Source of the DNA: Lytechinus pictus
Lineage: Eukaryota
Length of the DNA: 64,000 nt
Direction: 5' to 3'
Assembly (NCBI RefSeq): GCF_037042905.1
Contig: NC_087263.1
Location: 13,766,001 to 13,830,000 of the forward strand
Part shown: positions 1 to 11,716 of the stretch, piece after piece
Position numbering within the stretch: the first letter of the stretch is position 1
Layout of the letters: every line of letters begins with the position of its first letter
The notes under the pieces: model-generated
Databases searched by the model: none
The model's input: only the letters and a program-made list of their open reading frames with translations
Told to the model about the DNA's origin: nothing
Made by a program: the position numbers and the translations under genes

Positions 1-504
1 GTAATTATTATTATTAATATTATCATAATTATCAAGTATTAATATTATCATTAAAATAATTATTTCCTTTATGATTAAGATCAAAGCAAGATATATTCCT
101 CTGATATAGTCAACTGGTCTAAAGTAATTCATTGTTTGAAATTGAACTGGTCAAGACCAGTAATACCAGTAATTCTGATCATGTGGTTTACCTCATTAGC
201 ATAATACCTATTTTAAAAAGAAAAATCAGGATTTAGAATGGTATATCCTTGCAATGGCACTCATTGTTGTTTAAAAACTTTCCAAATAAGTGTGTGAACT
301 AATTCACAATGAAAATATGTAATTTCATATATCACATTTAAAATAACAGCAGAAAGATTAATTTACTAACCAGTTTTCCATCACATTTCACTGCCCAGGA
401 CCAAAATCCAATTGAAACCAGTTGGATTTCCAACTGGTTTCAATTGGTTTCAATTGGTTTTAACTGGTTTCAATTGGTCTTAACTGGAATTTAATAATTT
501 CCAG

Positions 505-1245
505 TTGAAACCAGTTGGGCAACTGGAAATCCTAACTAGAACCAGTTGGGTAACTGGAAATGACTTCCAATTGGAAATGATTTCTAACTGGAACCAGTTG
601 AGTAACTGGAAATCCCAACTGGAACCAGTTGGGCAACTGGGAATCCTAACTGGAACCAGTTGGGTAACTGGAAATGACTTCCAATTGGAAATGATTTCTA
701 ACTGGAACCAGTTGAGTAACTGGAAATCCCAACTGGAACCAGTTGGGCAACTGGGAATCCTAACTGGAACCAGTAGAGTAACTGGAAATGACTTCCAATT
801 GGAAATGATTTTTAACTGGAACCAGTTGAGTAACTGGAAATCCCAACTGGAACCAGTTGGGCAACTGGAAATCCTAACTGGAACCAGTTGGGTAACTGGA
901 AATGACTTCCAATTGGAAATGATTTCTAACTGGAACCAGTTGAGTAACTGGAAATCCTAACTGGAACCAGTTGGGCAACTGGAAATCCTAACTGGAACCA
1001 GTTGGGTAACTGGAAATGACTTCCAATTGGAAATGATTTCTAACTGGAACCAGTTGAGTAACTGGAAATCCCAACTGGAACCAGTTGGGTAACTGGAAAT
1101 GACTTCCACTTGGAAATGATTTCTAACTGGAACCAGTTGAGTAACTGGAAATCCCAACTGGAACCAGTTGGGCAACTGGAAATCCTAACTGGAACCAGTT
1201 GGGTAACTGGAAATGATTTCCAATTGGTTTCCAATTGGAAATTTT
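505..1245. repeat. Tandem repeat, 114-bp unit, about 6 copies (left arm of element A)
   Basis: ccagttgggcaactgg recurs at 511, 625, 739 and 853, giving the 38-aa periodicity of the spurious ORF. Confidence 0.9.
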
Positions 1246-1388
1246 CCAGTTACCCAACTGGATCCAATTGAAACCAGTTAATTTGCATATTATCTGCCAG
1301 TGTGCACAGATTAACGTTTTATGAGATTCATCATCATTAACAATGTATCTATTTTTCTCTTTTCAATTACAAGTACCACACTTTTTAA

Positions 1389-1628
1389 CTCTTTGCATGC
1401 TGAATTAATTTCGGGGATTATAATGACAATTGTTTCCAGGTCATTTTCTTTTATTCACAATTTCCATATTGCACCATTGATACTTATCATTATTATATAG
1501 ATGTTATCCAAGAACAATTGCTTTTAATTAGCTTATCTAATTTGAAGGTAGGGGAGAAAATTAATTATTGCGATTTGTGGAATTTAATTGTACGAATGTG
1601 TAAAATTGCAACATCAGCGTGCAAAGGG
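1389..1628. mobile_element. piggyBac-type MITE inside element A
   Basis: TTAA|ctctttgcatgctga ... tcagcgtgcaaaggg|TTAA. Confidence 0.65.
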
Positions 1629-2346
1629 TTAAAGATAAGTATTTAGAATACTTTGCAGTGAAAACCAAGTTCATAAATGTTATAGATTATAATTAAAACA
1701 GATTAAAGGATAATTAGTACACCACTAACTGTTACCAAATTACATCAAATGAAAATACATATATTTGAAGATCTTCCATATAAATATATGTACATATGAA
1801 AGTCTGTATTTTATCAATGCCCTTTACATTGGTATTAATAGACATATAACACTGCTTCTGTGTTGGCATGAGCAATAGTTAGTGCAAATGCTAATTAATT
1901 TGTAACTAATTAAGTTCATTCCAACTGGAAGTTCCAATTGGATCCAGTTGGAAACCAATTGGTTTCAACTGGTTCCAGTTGAAACCAGTTGCCTCCAATT
2001 GGTTTCAACTGGTTCCAGTTGAAACCAGTTGCCTCCAATTGGTTTCAACTGGAACCAATTGAAACCAGTTGCCTCCAATTGGATTCAACTGGTTTTAATA
2101 GGGAAATTGGAACAACTGGAACCTATTGACACAAATTGCCAACTGGTTCCAGTTGCTCAATTGGTTTTAACTGGAACCAATTGGCAACTGGTTTTCAATT
2201 GGAACCAATTGGTTTTAACTGGAACCAATTGGCAACTGGTTTTCAATTGGAACCAGTTGTTCCAATTTCCCTATTGAAACCAGTTGGCCAACTGGTTTCA
2301 ATTGGTTTTACCCTAATTGGTTTTAACTGGATTTTGGTCCTGGGTG

Positions 2347-2688
2347 ACCATGGTATATAACAAACCACATGCATGTAATAAATTGATCCAGTAAGACCCG
2401 TACGAGGATCAGTTCGACCAGTTCGAAGACCAGTATAGAAAATACCAATAAAGACCAGCTTGAATTGGATACCAATATGAAGACCAGTGAGACCAGTAAC
2501 AAACACCAGAAACAAGACCAGTATAAAATTCCAGTAATTCAAGACCAGTTTAATTTTTAACTGGACCAGTAAAATTTAACTGGACCAGTATGACCAGATA
2601 GACCAGTAAACCGATGTTCCAATTTCCAGAGTTACCAGTTAAATTCTACTGGTCTAACTGGTCCAGTGGAACTGTTTTTCCTTCTGGG
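2347..2688. mobile_element. Right end of EnSpm-like element 'B' (gaccagt repeats); it continues left of A (about 100-390) and beyond the window
   Basis: Ends ...actgtttttccttctggg, a CCCAG-type terminus; similar gaccag/ctggtc motifs occur at 110-170. Confidence 0.6.
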
Positions 2689-5600
2689 CATGAAAGTATG
2701 TTACCGCATTAGCCCATTGTGTGGTAATGTAAATTCAAATATGTGGTATTTTTGTGGTGTTATGCTCTGCGGTAAATCAAACTTACCGCATGAATGCAAT
2801 ACCACATGATGCTATTGTGTGGTTATGTAAATTCAAATATGTGGTATTTGTGTGGTATTGTTATACTGCTGTGGTAAATCAAAATTACCACAGGAATGCA
2901 TGTTACCACATTAGCCCATTGTGTGGTAATGTCAATTCAAATATGTGGTATTTGTGTGTTATTGCCCGTCTCTTGAAAATCAGAAATACCACACAAAAAA
3001 GTTATCACACCCATAACTTAGACCCCCCTCAGCTCACCCCCTATCAAAATTAAAAATTGATTCGCCGGGGGGGGGGGCGATGACAGGCTTGCGCAAGCGC
3101 ACTTACCGCCAACATTTGAAAAGAATTCCGTTGCGTTGCAGTTTATTGAGCTCCATCGAGAAGTGTGACGAAGAAGGCCGTTAATAATCCAACTACTTAA
3201 AGAATACGGGTTAGATATGGACAACGACTTCGAAGACATTTGGGCATACTCGTGATATAGGCCCCGCTCGAGAAAAAAATTGTAATCGATCATACCTCAA
3301 TATCTAGGTTGCTAACTTCAGCTCACTATATATACTCGTGATATAGGCCCCGCTGCTGTGTTGAATGGCTCAGAATGTCCGTTCGCGGGGCCTGTTTCAC
3401 GAGTATAATACTATAATCGTTATATAGGCCCCGCACTACGGCAATTCAGGCACTCCAACTCAGTAGCGGGGCCTATATCACGAGTATATTATTAAACTTG
3501 CATCCTAAGATAATCGCGAAACTGGCCCCGTCCAATGCGCTTTTCCCAGCATTCGCACGTGCGTGGGGCTCCGATGACGGCTATTAGTATACTCGTTATC
3601 GAGGCCCCTTGCACTGTTATATCATGGAAAATAACGTGGTCGTGGGGCTTGTTTCCCCGGCCGGTGAGAATTATCATGGGCGGCGCTGGAGTGGGTGGGG
3701 GGGGGGGGGGGGGGGGAGGGCCTCCAATTTATTTTCCAAATAAACAAGGAGAGAGAATAATAAAATGTGTATGTATTTACTTCTTCAGAAATTTATTTGT
3801 CGATTTACTTATATATTAATACAGTTATTAACTTATTTATTTGTCAATCTATTTATATTGATTAATTAATGTATTTTATTCATTTAATTTATTTGTTTTC
3901 TTTTTTTTTTCTTTTGTGATATAGAGAGTAAGAGGTATCATTCGTTTTTAATTATTTTTATGTGTGGAAGTTCACTTATTCCAATCTATTTTAATTGATT
4001 AATTAATGTATTTATGTTGATTAATTAATGTATTTATATTCATTCATTAATCATTTAATTTATTTGTTTTCAGTTATTTTGTAATGTCCAATGCGCTTGT
4101 CCCAGCATTCGCCGTGTGTGGGGCTCGGATGACGGCTATTGAGCTCGTTATCGAGGCCCCTTACACTTGTTATCTCATGGAAAATAGCGTGGTCGTGGGT
4201 CTTGATTCCCCGGTGAGTGATATCATGCGCGGCGCTGTAGGGGCCCGGGGGGCTCCAATTTATTTTCAAAAGAACAAGGGAATAATATAGAAGTGAGTAT
4301 AAAAACTCTGCATGACAATGGAGTAGGATCCATATGAGTGACTTGTTTTAGGCATGATGTTATCCTTCCAGTTTTCAGAGAAAAATCAACCAGACCCCTC
4401 ACAACCTGACGCCGCCCTCGTGTTGCTAATATTTTGCTTTTAAAGATCTGCTCTCTGAATAACTTTTGATAAATCCGTGAATGATTCATTCATTTGCTAA
4501 TCTTTTTGGAGTGTTTTCGATGTAACGTTAGGCCTATATATAGTTATTTTTGTTCCATTATCCATCGTAATTTGTATTTGCTAGTTATTTGATAACCTCG
4601 TTTTATTCAGCATTTCATTTGAATAATTTTTTGCGGGGAGGGAGGTGTCATTAATAATTAAATTGTATAGTTCCTGTATAATTTCCCCCAATCTTTCACT
4701 TGACGTAATGCTGCGAATGAATCCATTTATTCATTCATGTATCATAATCTATTTATAATCACCTGGATGTAACTAGAAGTCAATATACATTTTTTTCAAA
4801 TCGGCTTTCTTCTCTTATTCAATATTGAATCATTCATCTGGCTTCCTGCGTATTATCAATTTGTATTTTTTTAATTCCTTTGATCATAACCCCCCCCCCC
4901 CCCGCTTCCCCACTTTTCATCCATTTAAGTTCAGAAAAGAAAACGAATAGGCATATTCATTCGGGGAAAATGTATTAATTTTCTTTTGGTCAATTTTATA
5001 ATTGCTTGAGGGATATCTACGCTATAATTAACTTAATCTATATTTTACTGTGACTTATCCCCCTCCCGGCCCCCACAATTGGGGATAGGCCTATCAATAT
5101 CTATATTATCTAAGTACGTTAAGTACGTTTTCTCTTTTACCTAAATATCAATTTATAAATCTTATATTTTTTTAAAAGCTTACTAATTTACCGTTCATTG
5201 ATATCCCAGTATTTCTTCAGCTAATTAACCTATCAACTTAAATTATTTTCTCATCCTGCATTCATTTTAATCAATCCACTTGAAGATTGTTTGTAACTGT
5301 ATTTGATGGCATGGTTTAAAAATGATGGATTTCGATTGTTTGCTGGTATACATGGTATAGTAGGCCTGAAATAACGGCATATCGCATCAACAAATTATTA
5401 TAAAAAATATTTATTGATCGATCGTCATTTCATTAATTCGCCATCCAAATATTGCATTTTTTTTCTTCGCCTATATGGTATTCATTTATTTACTAATTCA
5501 TACACCCTCGCCCCCGATTTTATTAAAAGATTTAATAATTCCGGAAAAGTGTCTCAATGTGTTCTTATAATTTATTTTCATGCACGAATTATTCTACTAT

Positions 5601-7952
5601 TTCCTTATCTGTGATATTTTATTTCAGGAGTTTAATGTGTCCCCCAGATCCGAGATTTCGTAGCGGGGGGGGGGGGGGGCGCGCAAATTTGAGAAGACAG
5701 TTGGTGGCGCATAGGTCTGTCTGGTTGAATGCGTCAGAAAAAAATATACACACAGGTACGGGTTCAGTATTTTTAAAGGGGCGGGGGTACAGCCGTACAG
5801 GCCGGTTGGACACATTGCCATTCATGAAATCCCTGGTCGGCCACTCAAAGAGGAAAAGGTAAGTTTTTTTTTTTTTTTTTTTTTTGGGGGGGGGGGCGTT
5901 GTGATAGGGAAGTTTATGTACATTTTACTTTAATATTTACCAACAAGATAGGCCTACCATGACTATACGGTCGAACTAAACGAGAACGCTAACTGTGAAA
6001 AAAAAATTAATTATAATCCATGTGTTAAAAGCTATGAATGGAGCACACTAAGCTCTTATAAACCCTAAACAACAAACGTTTATTTAATATTTTAATTACT
6101 GAACTGAAAATGGGAAAAGGACTTTGCAGTGACGCATGAACAGGATGTGAAAGAGGAGCACGAGCTGATTTTATTTTCACACTTGAAAATAGCATGCGAA
6201 TGCAATCGAAGTTCGAGATGAATTTTGTTGATATAATTTATATCGACACGAAAAGGTTATGTTTTTAAACACTGCTGACATGTAGGAGTGAGAGAGGAGG
6301 GGGGGGGGGGCATCTTGTTCAACACTTAACTTTCCTTGTCGAATTTGATCCATTACAAAGGATAATAATGCATTTTAAATGATTTTAGTATAATTGACGT
6401 TTTCCTTGAATCGTTTTGTTCTTTGAATTGATGGGAGCATAAAATTATAGGTCTATAATCGATTGTAATTCTTTTTTATTTGGGAGCAATAATTTTTTAC
6501 CAAAATCCCCATCATCTTGGAGTGTAATGTTTTTTCTTTTTTTTTGCAATTTTTTCAAACAAAACCCACAGCACCCCCTACTAAAAATCGTTCCCAGTGC
6601 CCTGCTTGATCGTTTATCGAATATGATTTGCGTGGATATTTTTTTTAATTTCTCTATATTTGAGATTTACATAACTTGATTTAATAATCAGATCATGCTT
6701 CATAAATTTCTTTGTTTGTAATATTATATATCTTGAAGACAAAATGATATGACTGTTGTGTTTAAGTGACATTTGTTACCTTGTCAGTTTCGTCTAATAT
6801 AGTTTCTGTAGGGTAAGAAATTAGCTTTATTTGATTAGCATTATATTTAGGATATATAACCAAAATGATATTGCTTGGTCATGTTGGATTCATCTGTGAA
6901 TATCAATATTTTACATCGATTTACATGTAGTTTAATTACCACTAACATAGTATCCTGTTGCTAGGCGACATCCAACAATTCTATAGGCGCTGTTTTTCAT
7001 GCAGTTGCATCATACATATACTTAGTTGACAGTGAGGTCACGAATCGTGGCATGTTCTGATATTGTTTTTTTAAGATATATACAAACACAAATTTAGCAT
7101 GAGAAATCAGATAAAGCACAAAAGTTTTTCTAATTTAATTTTTCTGTTTTTTGATATACAAAAACCAAATCACAACACGTTATTCTCGTTGTGATTTCGT
7201 TTTTGTGTTTTCAAAATCCCAAACTAAGGGGCTGATTTTCGTTTACGCTTCTTCATGATTGGAACAGAAAAACAAATTATCCATTAGTACCTTGATTGTG
7301 CAGGTTACTGGGCAGGTGAAAGTGACGTTACAATTGATCTTAGCAAGTCATTCATTACATTATAAATGAGTAGAATACAATTTAATATAATAAACATTAA
7401 TTAAAGTGTGAGAATGGAAATATTTGATTAGAGAATAGCGAACTTCTTAACCAAAATGCGTGGCAATTAAAAAAATATATTTTCAGCAAACCTTTAAGAA
7501 TATTTTTTCTAGTTTCTGCTTTAATTATCATCAACTTTACGTCAGGGTATACTGCCCCCTCTTGGGGTAGGCCTATCGTGTCAATTAATAGACAACATTT
7601 TTTCCCAAAACAGCACAAACATGAACGAATAAATGAATAAACCAGGAAATGAATAAGTGAAGCAATACGAAGGAGAACTTGAAATAGTAATGTATTAGGC
7701 CCCCCCCCCCCCCCCTCTCTCTCTCTCTCTATAGCCTATATATATCAATATATAAACGTTTCACGTATTGGCTTCAGTGGTATTATAAGGTAACAAAATA
7801 TAGTTTGTTATATAGATAATAATATACGGTATAGAGAGAGAGATCAAATCCATACACAAAAAAGAGAAATTAACGATAATTGTTGGTCTAACATCAAATA
7901 AAACAAAAAGTTTAATACAAACAAATATACATGAATAACAAAATTAATTTAA

Positions 7953-8533
7953 AGGACAAGTCCATCCCATAAAATTTGATTTGAATAAAAAGAGGAAAAT
8001 CGAGCGATCAAAACGCTGAAAATTTCATAAAAATCGGATGTAAAATAAGAAAGTTATAACATTTTGAAGTTTAGTTTAATTCAAAATAATAGTTATATAT
8101 GCACATCCAGGTCGGTATGCAAATGAGGAAACTGATGACGCCACCCACTCACTATTTCTTTAGTATTTTATTATATGAAATATATTTTCAAATTTTCTCC
8201 TCATTGTCAAGTGAAACAATGATTAATTCCTCTCTGAACATGTGGAATATATGGTTCAGTCACGTTGGCCCTTATTGTAAAATCTGTGAAAATTGAAATA
8301 TTGTATAATTCAAACAATAACAAAACAAAAGAAATAGCGAGGGACATCATCAACTGTATCATTTGCAAGCAATATGAGTTGTGCATATCACTGTTTTGTG
8401 AAAAATAAGCGAAACTTTCAAATATCACAACTTTCTTATTTTACATCCGATTTTGATAAAATTTCCAGCGTTATGCTAGTTTGATTTTTCTCTATTTATT
8501 CAAATCAAGATTTTTCTGGGGTGAACTTGACCT
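7953..8533. mobile_element. Kolobok/T2-type MITE nested in the foldback
   Basis: TTAA|aggacaagtccatccc ... gggtgaacttgacct|TTAA; related copies at ~35307-35856 and 63411-~63800. Confidence 0.75.
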
Positions 8534-8899
8534 TTAAATAAACTATAAATTCATTTTATGTAACGAAAAAATAAGGTTATAACACCCTTCAACCACGACT
8601 AATTCAAAAAAGGTAAACGATTATTTTTAAATTTTGATTATAATACTTTCTTCAAATTGTTAGAGTCATTCATGCCTGAATGATCGAGGAATCTTCTGAG
8701 GAAACCAGGTGAAAGAGTAAATATTCTGAGCTTTACGTTGATTGCCGTCATCATTTTGTATATCCACAAGAACTTACAGAATGAATAAAAATGAATGAAA
8801 TGTACGAGCCTGTATCAACATAAGACCTAGGCCTACGCACGCCTCTCAGATAACGAAAAATAATTAAAAAATATAAATGAATAAATATATAGATAATAA

Positions 8900-9520
8900 A
8901 TAAATAAATGAACTTCCAAACATAAAAAGAATTAAAAACGAATGATACCTCTGACTCTCTATATCACAAAAGAAAAATAAATAATACAAATAAATTAAAT
9001 GATTAATGAATAAATATATTAATTAATCAATTAAAATAGATCGATAAATAAATAAATAAATGAACTTCCACACATAAAAAGAATTGAAAACGAATGATAC
9101 CTCTGACTCTCTACATCACAAAAGACAAAAACTGAAAACAAATAAATTAAATGATTAATGAATAAATATAAATACTTTAATTAATCAATTAAAATAGATT
9201 GATAGATAAATAATACATTAATTAATCAATTAAAATAGATTGAAATAAATGAACTTCCACACATAAAAAGAATTGAAAACGAATGATACCTCTGACTCTC
9301 TACATCACAAAAGACAAAAACTGAAAACAAATACATTAAATGATTAATGAATAAATATAAATACATTAATTAATAAATATAAATACATTAATTAATCAAT
9401 TAAAATAGATTGAAATAAGTGAACTTCCACACATAAAAATAAACGAATGATACCTCTTACTCTCTATATCACAAAAGAAAAAAACTGAAAACAAATAAAT
9501 TAAAAGATGAATGAAATACA
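8900..9520. repeat. AT-rich tandem repeat, ~150-190-bp unit, 4 copies, in the right arm of the foldback
   Basis: gaacttcca(c)acataaaaa...gaatgatacctct recurs at about 8909, 9062, 9251 and 9421. Confidence 0.8.
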
Positions 9521-11440
9521 TGGCAATAGAAATAGATTGATAAATAAATAAATACAAATTAATAACTATATTAATATATAAGTAAATCGACAAATAAACA
9601 CATACACATTTTTATTATTCTCTCTCCTTGGTTATTTGGAAAATGAATTTGAGGCCCTCCCCCCTCCAGCCCCGCCCATGATAATTCTCACCAGCCGGGG
9701 AAACAAGCCCCACAACCACGTTATTTTCCATGATATAACAGTGTAAGGGGCCTCGATAACGAGTATACTAATAGCCGTCATCCGAGCCCCACACACGTGC
9801 GAATGCTGGGAAAAGCGCATTGGACGGGGCCAGTTTCGCGACTATCTTAGGATGCAAGCAAACTCGTGATATAGGCCCCGCTACTGTGTTGGAGTGTCTG
9901 AAGTGCCGTATGTGGGGCCTATATAACGGTTATAGTATATACTCGTGAAACAGGCCCCGCGAACGGACATTCTAAGCCATTCAACACAGCAGCGGGGCCT
10001 ATATCACGAGTATATATAGTGAGCTGAAGTTAGCAACCTAGATATTGAGGTATGATCGATTACAAGTTTTTCTCGAGCGGGGCCTATATCACGATTTTGC
10101 CGACATTTGCAGTAGGCTAAACAGTAAGTTAGATAACCATTTTCTATGATTTTCTTTTCGTAGTTTGTTAAATGCCCCGGCTTGCAACTAGCTAAAGATT
10201 TCGTCAATGAAAATGACATGACACTGGCAATCCCATCCTGTCTAACCGGGCGCTCGCCCGGCCCCGAGCGCCTGCTCGCTGCTGTGATGTGGACCACTGG
10301 CTGGTGGTCTCAAAGTCTGCACACAGCACACCTAACGATTTGAGTTTAGATTTAACGTGAATTTCCTATTATTTTACAAAATCTTTCAATTGATGATGTT
10401 CCTTGTATTCTTATGAGTAAGTGTGCAAAAAGTTTCATTAAAAATTGAGAGAAATAATTGATTTTCTTGGGAAAAAATCTCGGCCAGTCATGGTCATTTT
10501 GATTAAACAAAATGATAAGTGGTAGGATGGGGGTCGGGTGTCCGGACAGTTTATCTTTTTGAAGCCTTCTTTTTTGTCTTTGGATTACACTAAAAATATG
10601 AATTCAATACTTTTAATCATCTTCTATTTTGTTCCTTATAAATAATATTTCCTAACATTTTGTACTAAAAATTGATGGAACTTCGCTTGTAATTTTTCCA
10701 AATGACTTTCTAAAATTGATCGTCCGGACACACAACCTGTCTGGTTACACAACAACTGGGTAATACTAATCACTTTACACAGACCTATTACACATGATGC
10801 GAAGATTTCGATAAGAAAGCAGTCACAGAGGCTGCATTTTGAGGCCGTCACATGAAATGCCCAGGAAAGAGTTCCATATGCAATTCCAATGCACCCCCCA
10901 CCAACATGATCAAAAATAAGATTGTTGAGACTTAATTCCATTCCAGTTCGTTCATTTCAGATTTTTCTATAATTTTTTTTTTACCGTTGTGTTGGCACCT
11001 AAGTTGGGACTTGAGATCACCTCGTTTTATTTGCAGTCAAGACCTGTTCCTGCTATGCTAGCGAGAAGTGCTGATACCGGAAGGGGTATTTTAACGATTA
11101 TCAGCCAATAGTTCGACTAGACTTGACTCACAGAGTGACACAGACCCTTGAGTAAATAAACCGATGTCTATGGACAATTACACACACTAGATACATCCAT
11201 ACATGCTCGAAATTTGACGGAATAAAGCCATATTTTAGTATGTATTTCCACTCCTAGTACTATCCACTCCCCCATCATATATGTTCTATATTGTGCTAGA
11301 TATATTATTCTGAACCTTCTTCATGTTTTTCAATGTTAGGGGAGTGCATATGGAACTCTTGCCAATGCCCTAAATTCATTATTTTCCCACCATTTTGAGT
11401 CAGATTTTTTATGAATAGATCTGTTTATGACATTTTTCAG

Positions 11441-11632
11441 GAGAAAGAGAGGGAGACCCAAAACTACCTGTCCTGGCATCACATTTGAGGAGAAGAAGTC
11501 GGTGAATATGACCTAGCCCGGGGGAGTTTCCAGAAGAAGGCCCAGAACCACCGGCCGCCAGGAGTGGAGGTCCTTTGTTGTTGCTCTACATGTCTGGAGG
11601 CATCGGGCAGTAGGTAAGACTAAGTAAGTACA
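11441..11632 (+). mobile_element. RTE-type LINE 3' remnant
   Basis: Degenerate RKRGRPKTT...KKAQN...QEWRSFVVALH followed by a (taag)n tail. Confidence 0.65.
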
Positions 11633-11716
11633 GTAGGCTCTTTCAGGAGTAAAGTTTATTTTTTGTTTGGAGTCGTTGCATATCTTCCATTATCAGAATC
11701 GCGCAGATTCGGATGT

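Larger units (their letters stand above)
394..2344. mobile_element. Non-autonomous EnSpm/CACTA-like DNA transposon 'A' with satellite-like arms
   Basis: TIR cccaggaccaaaatcca / tggattttggtcctggg; 2-bp TSD TG at 392-393 and 2345-2346; arms built of aactgg/ccagtt repeats. Confidence 0.8.
3243..10101. mobile_element. 6.86-kb foldback-type non-autonomous DNA transposon with ~0.8-kb TIRs and 8-bp TSD
   Basis: 3243-~4080 is the reverse complement of ~9300-10101. Termini are GGCA...TGCC. TSD gacatttg at 3235-3242 and 10102-10109. No transposase ORF inside. Confidence 0.88.

Noticed and set aside
505..2542. ORFs of 64-151 aa with repeating NWNQL/LEPVGQL motifs
   Set aside because: These are translations of the 114-bp and related tandem repeats, open on both strands.
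3249..3660. CRISPR-like repeat/spacer appearance
   Set aside because: The repeats alternate in orientation, decay inward and are mirrored in a TIR. There are no cas genes and the context is eukaryotic.
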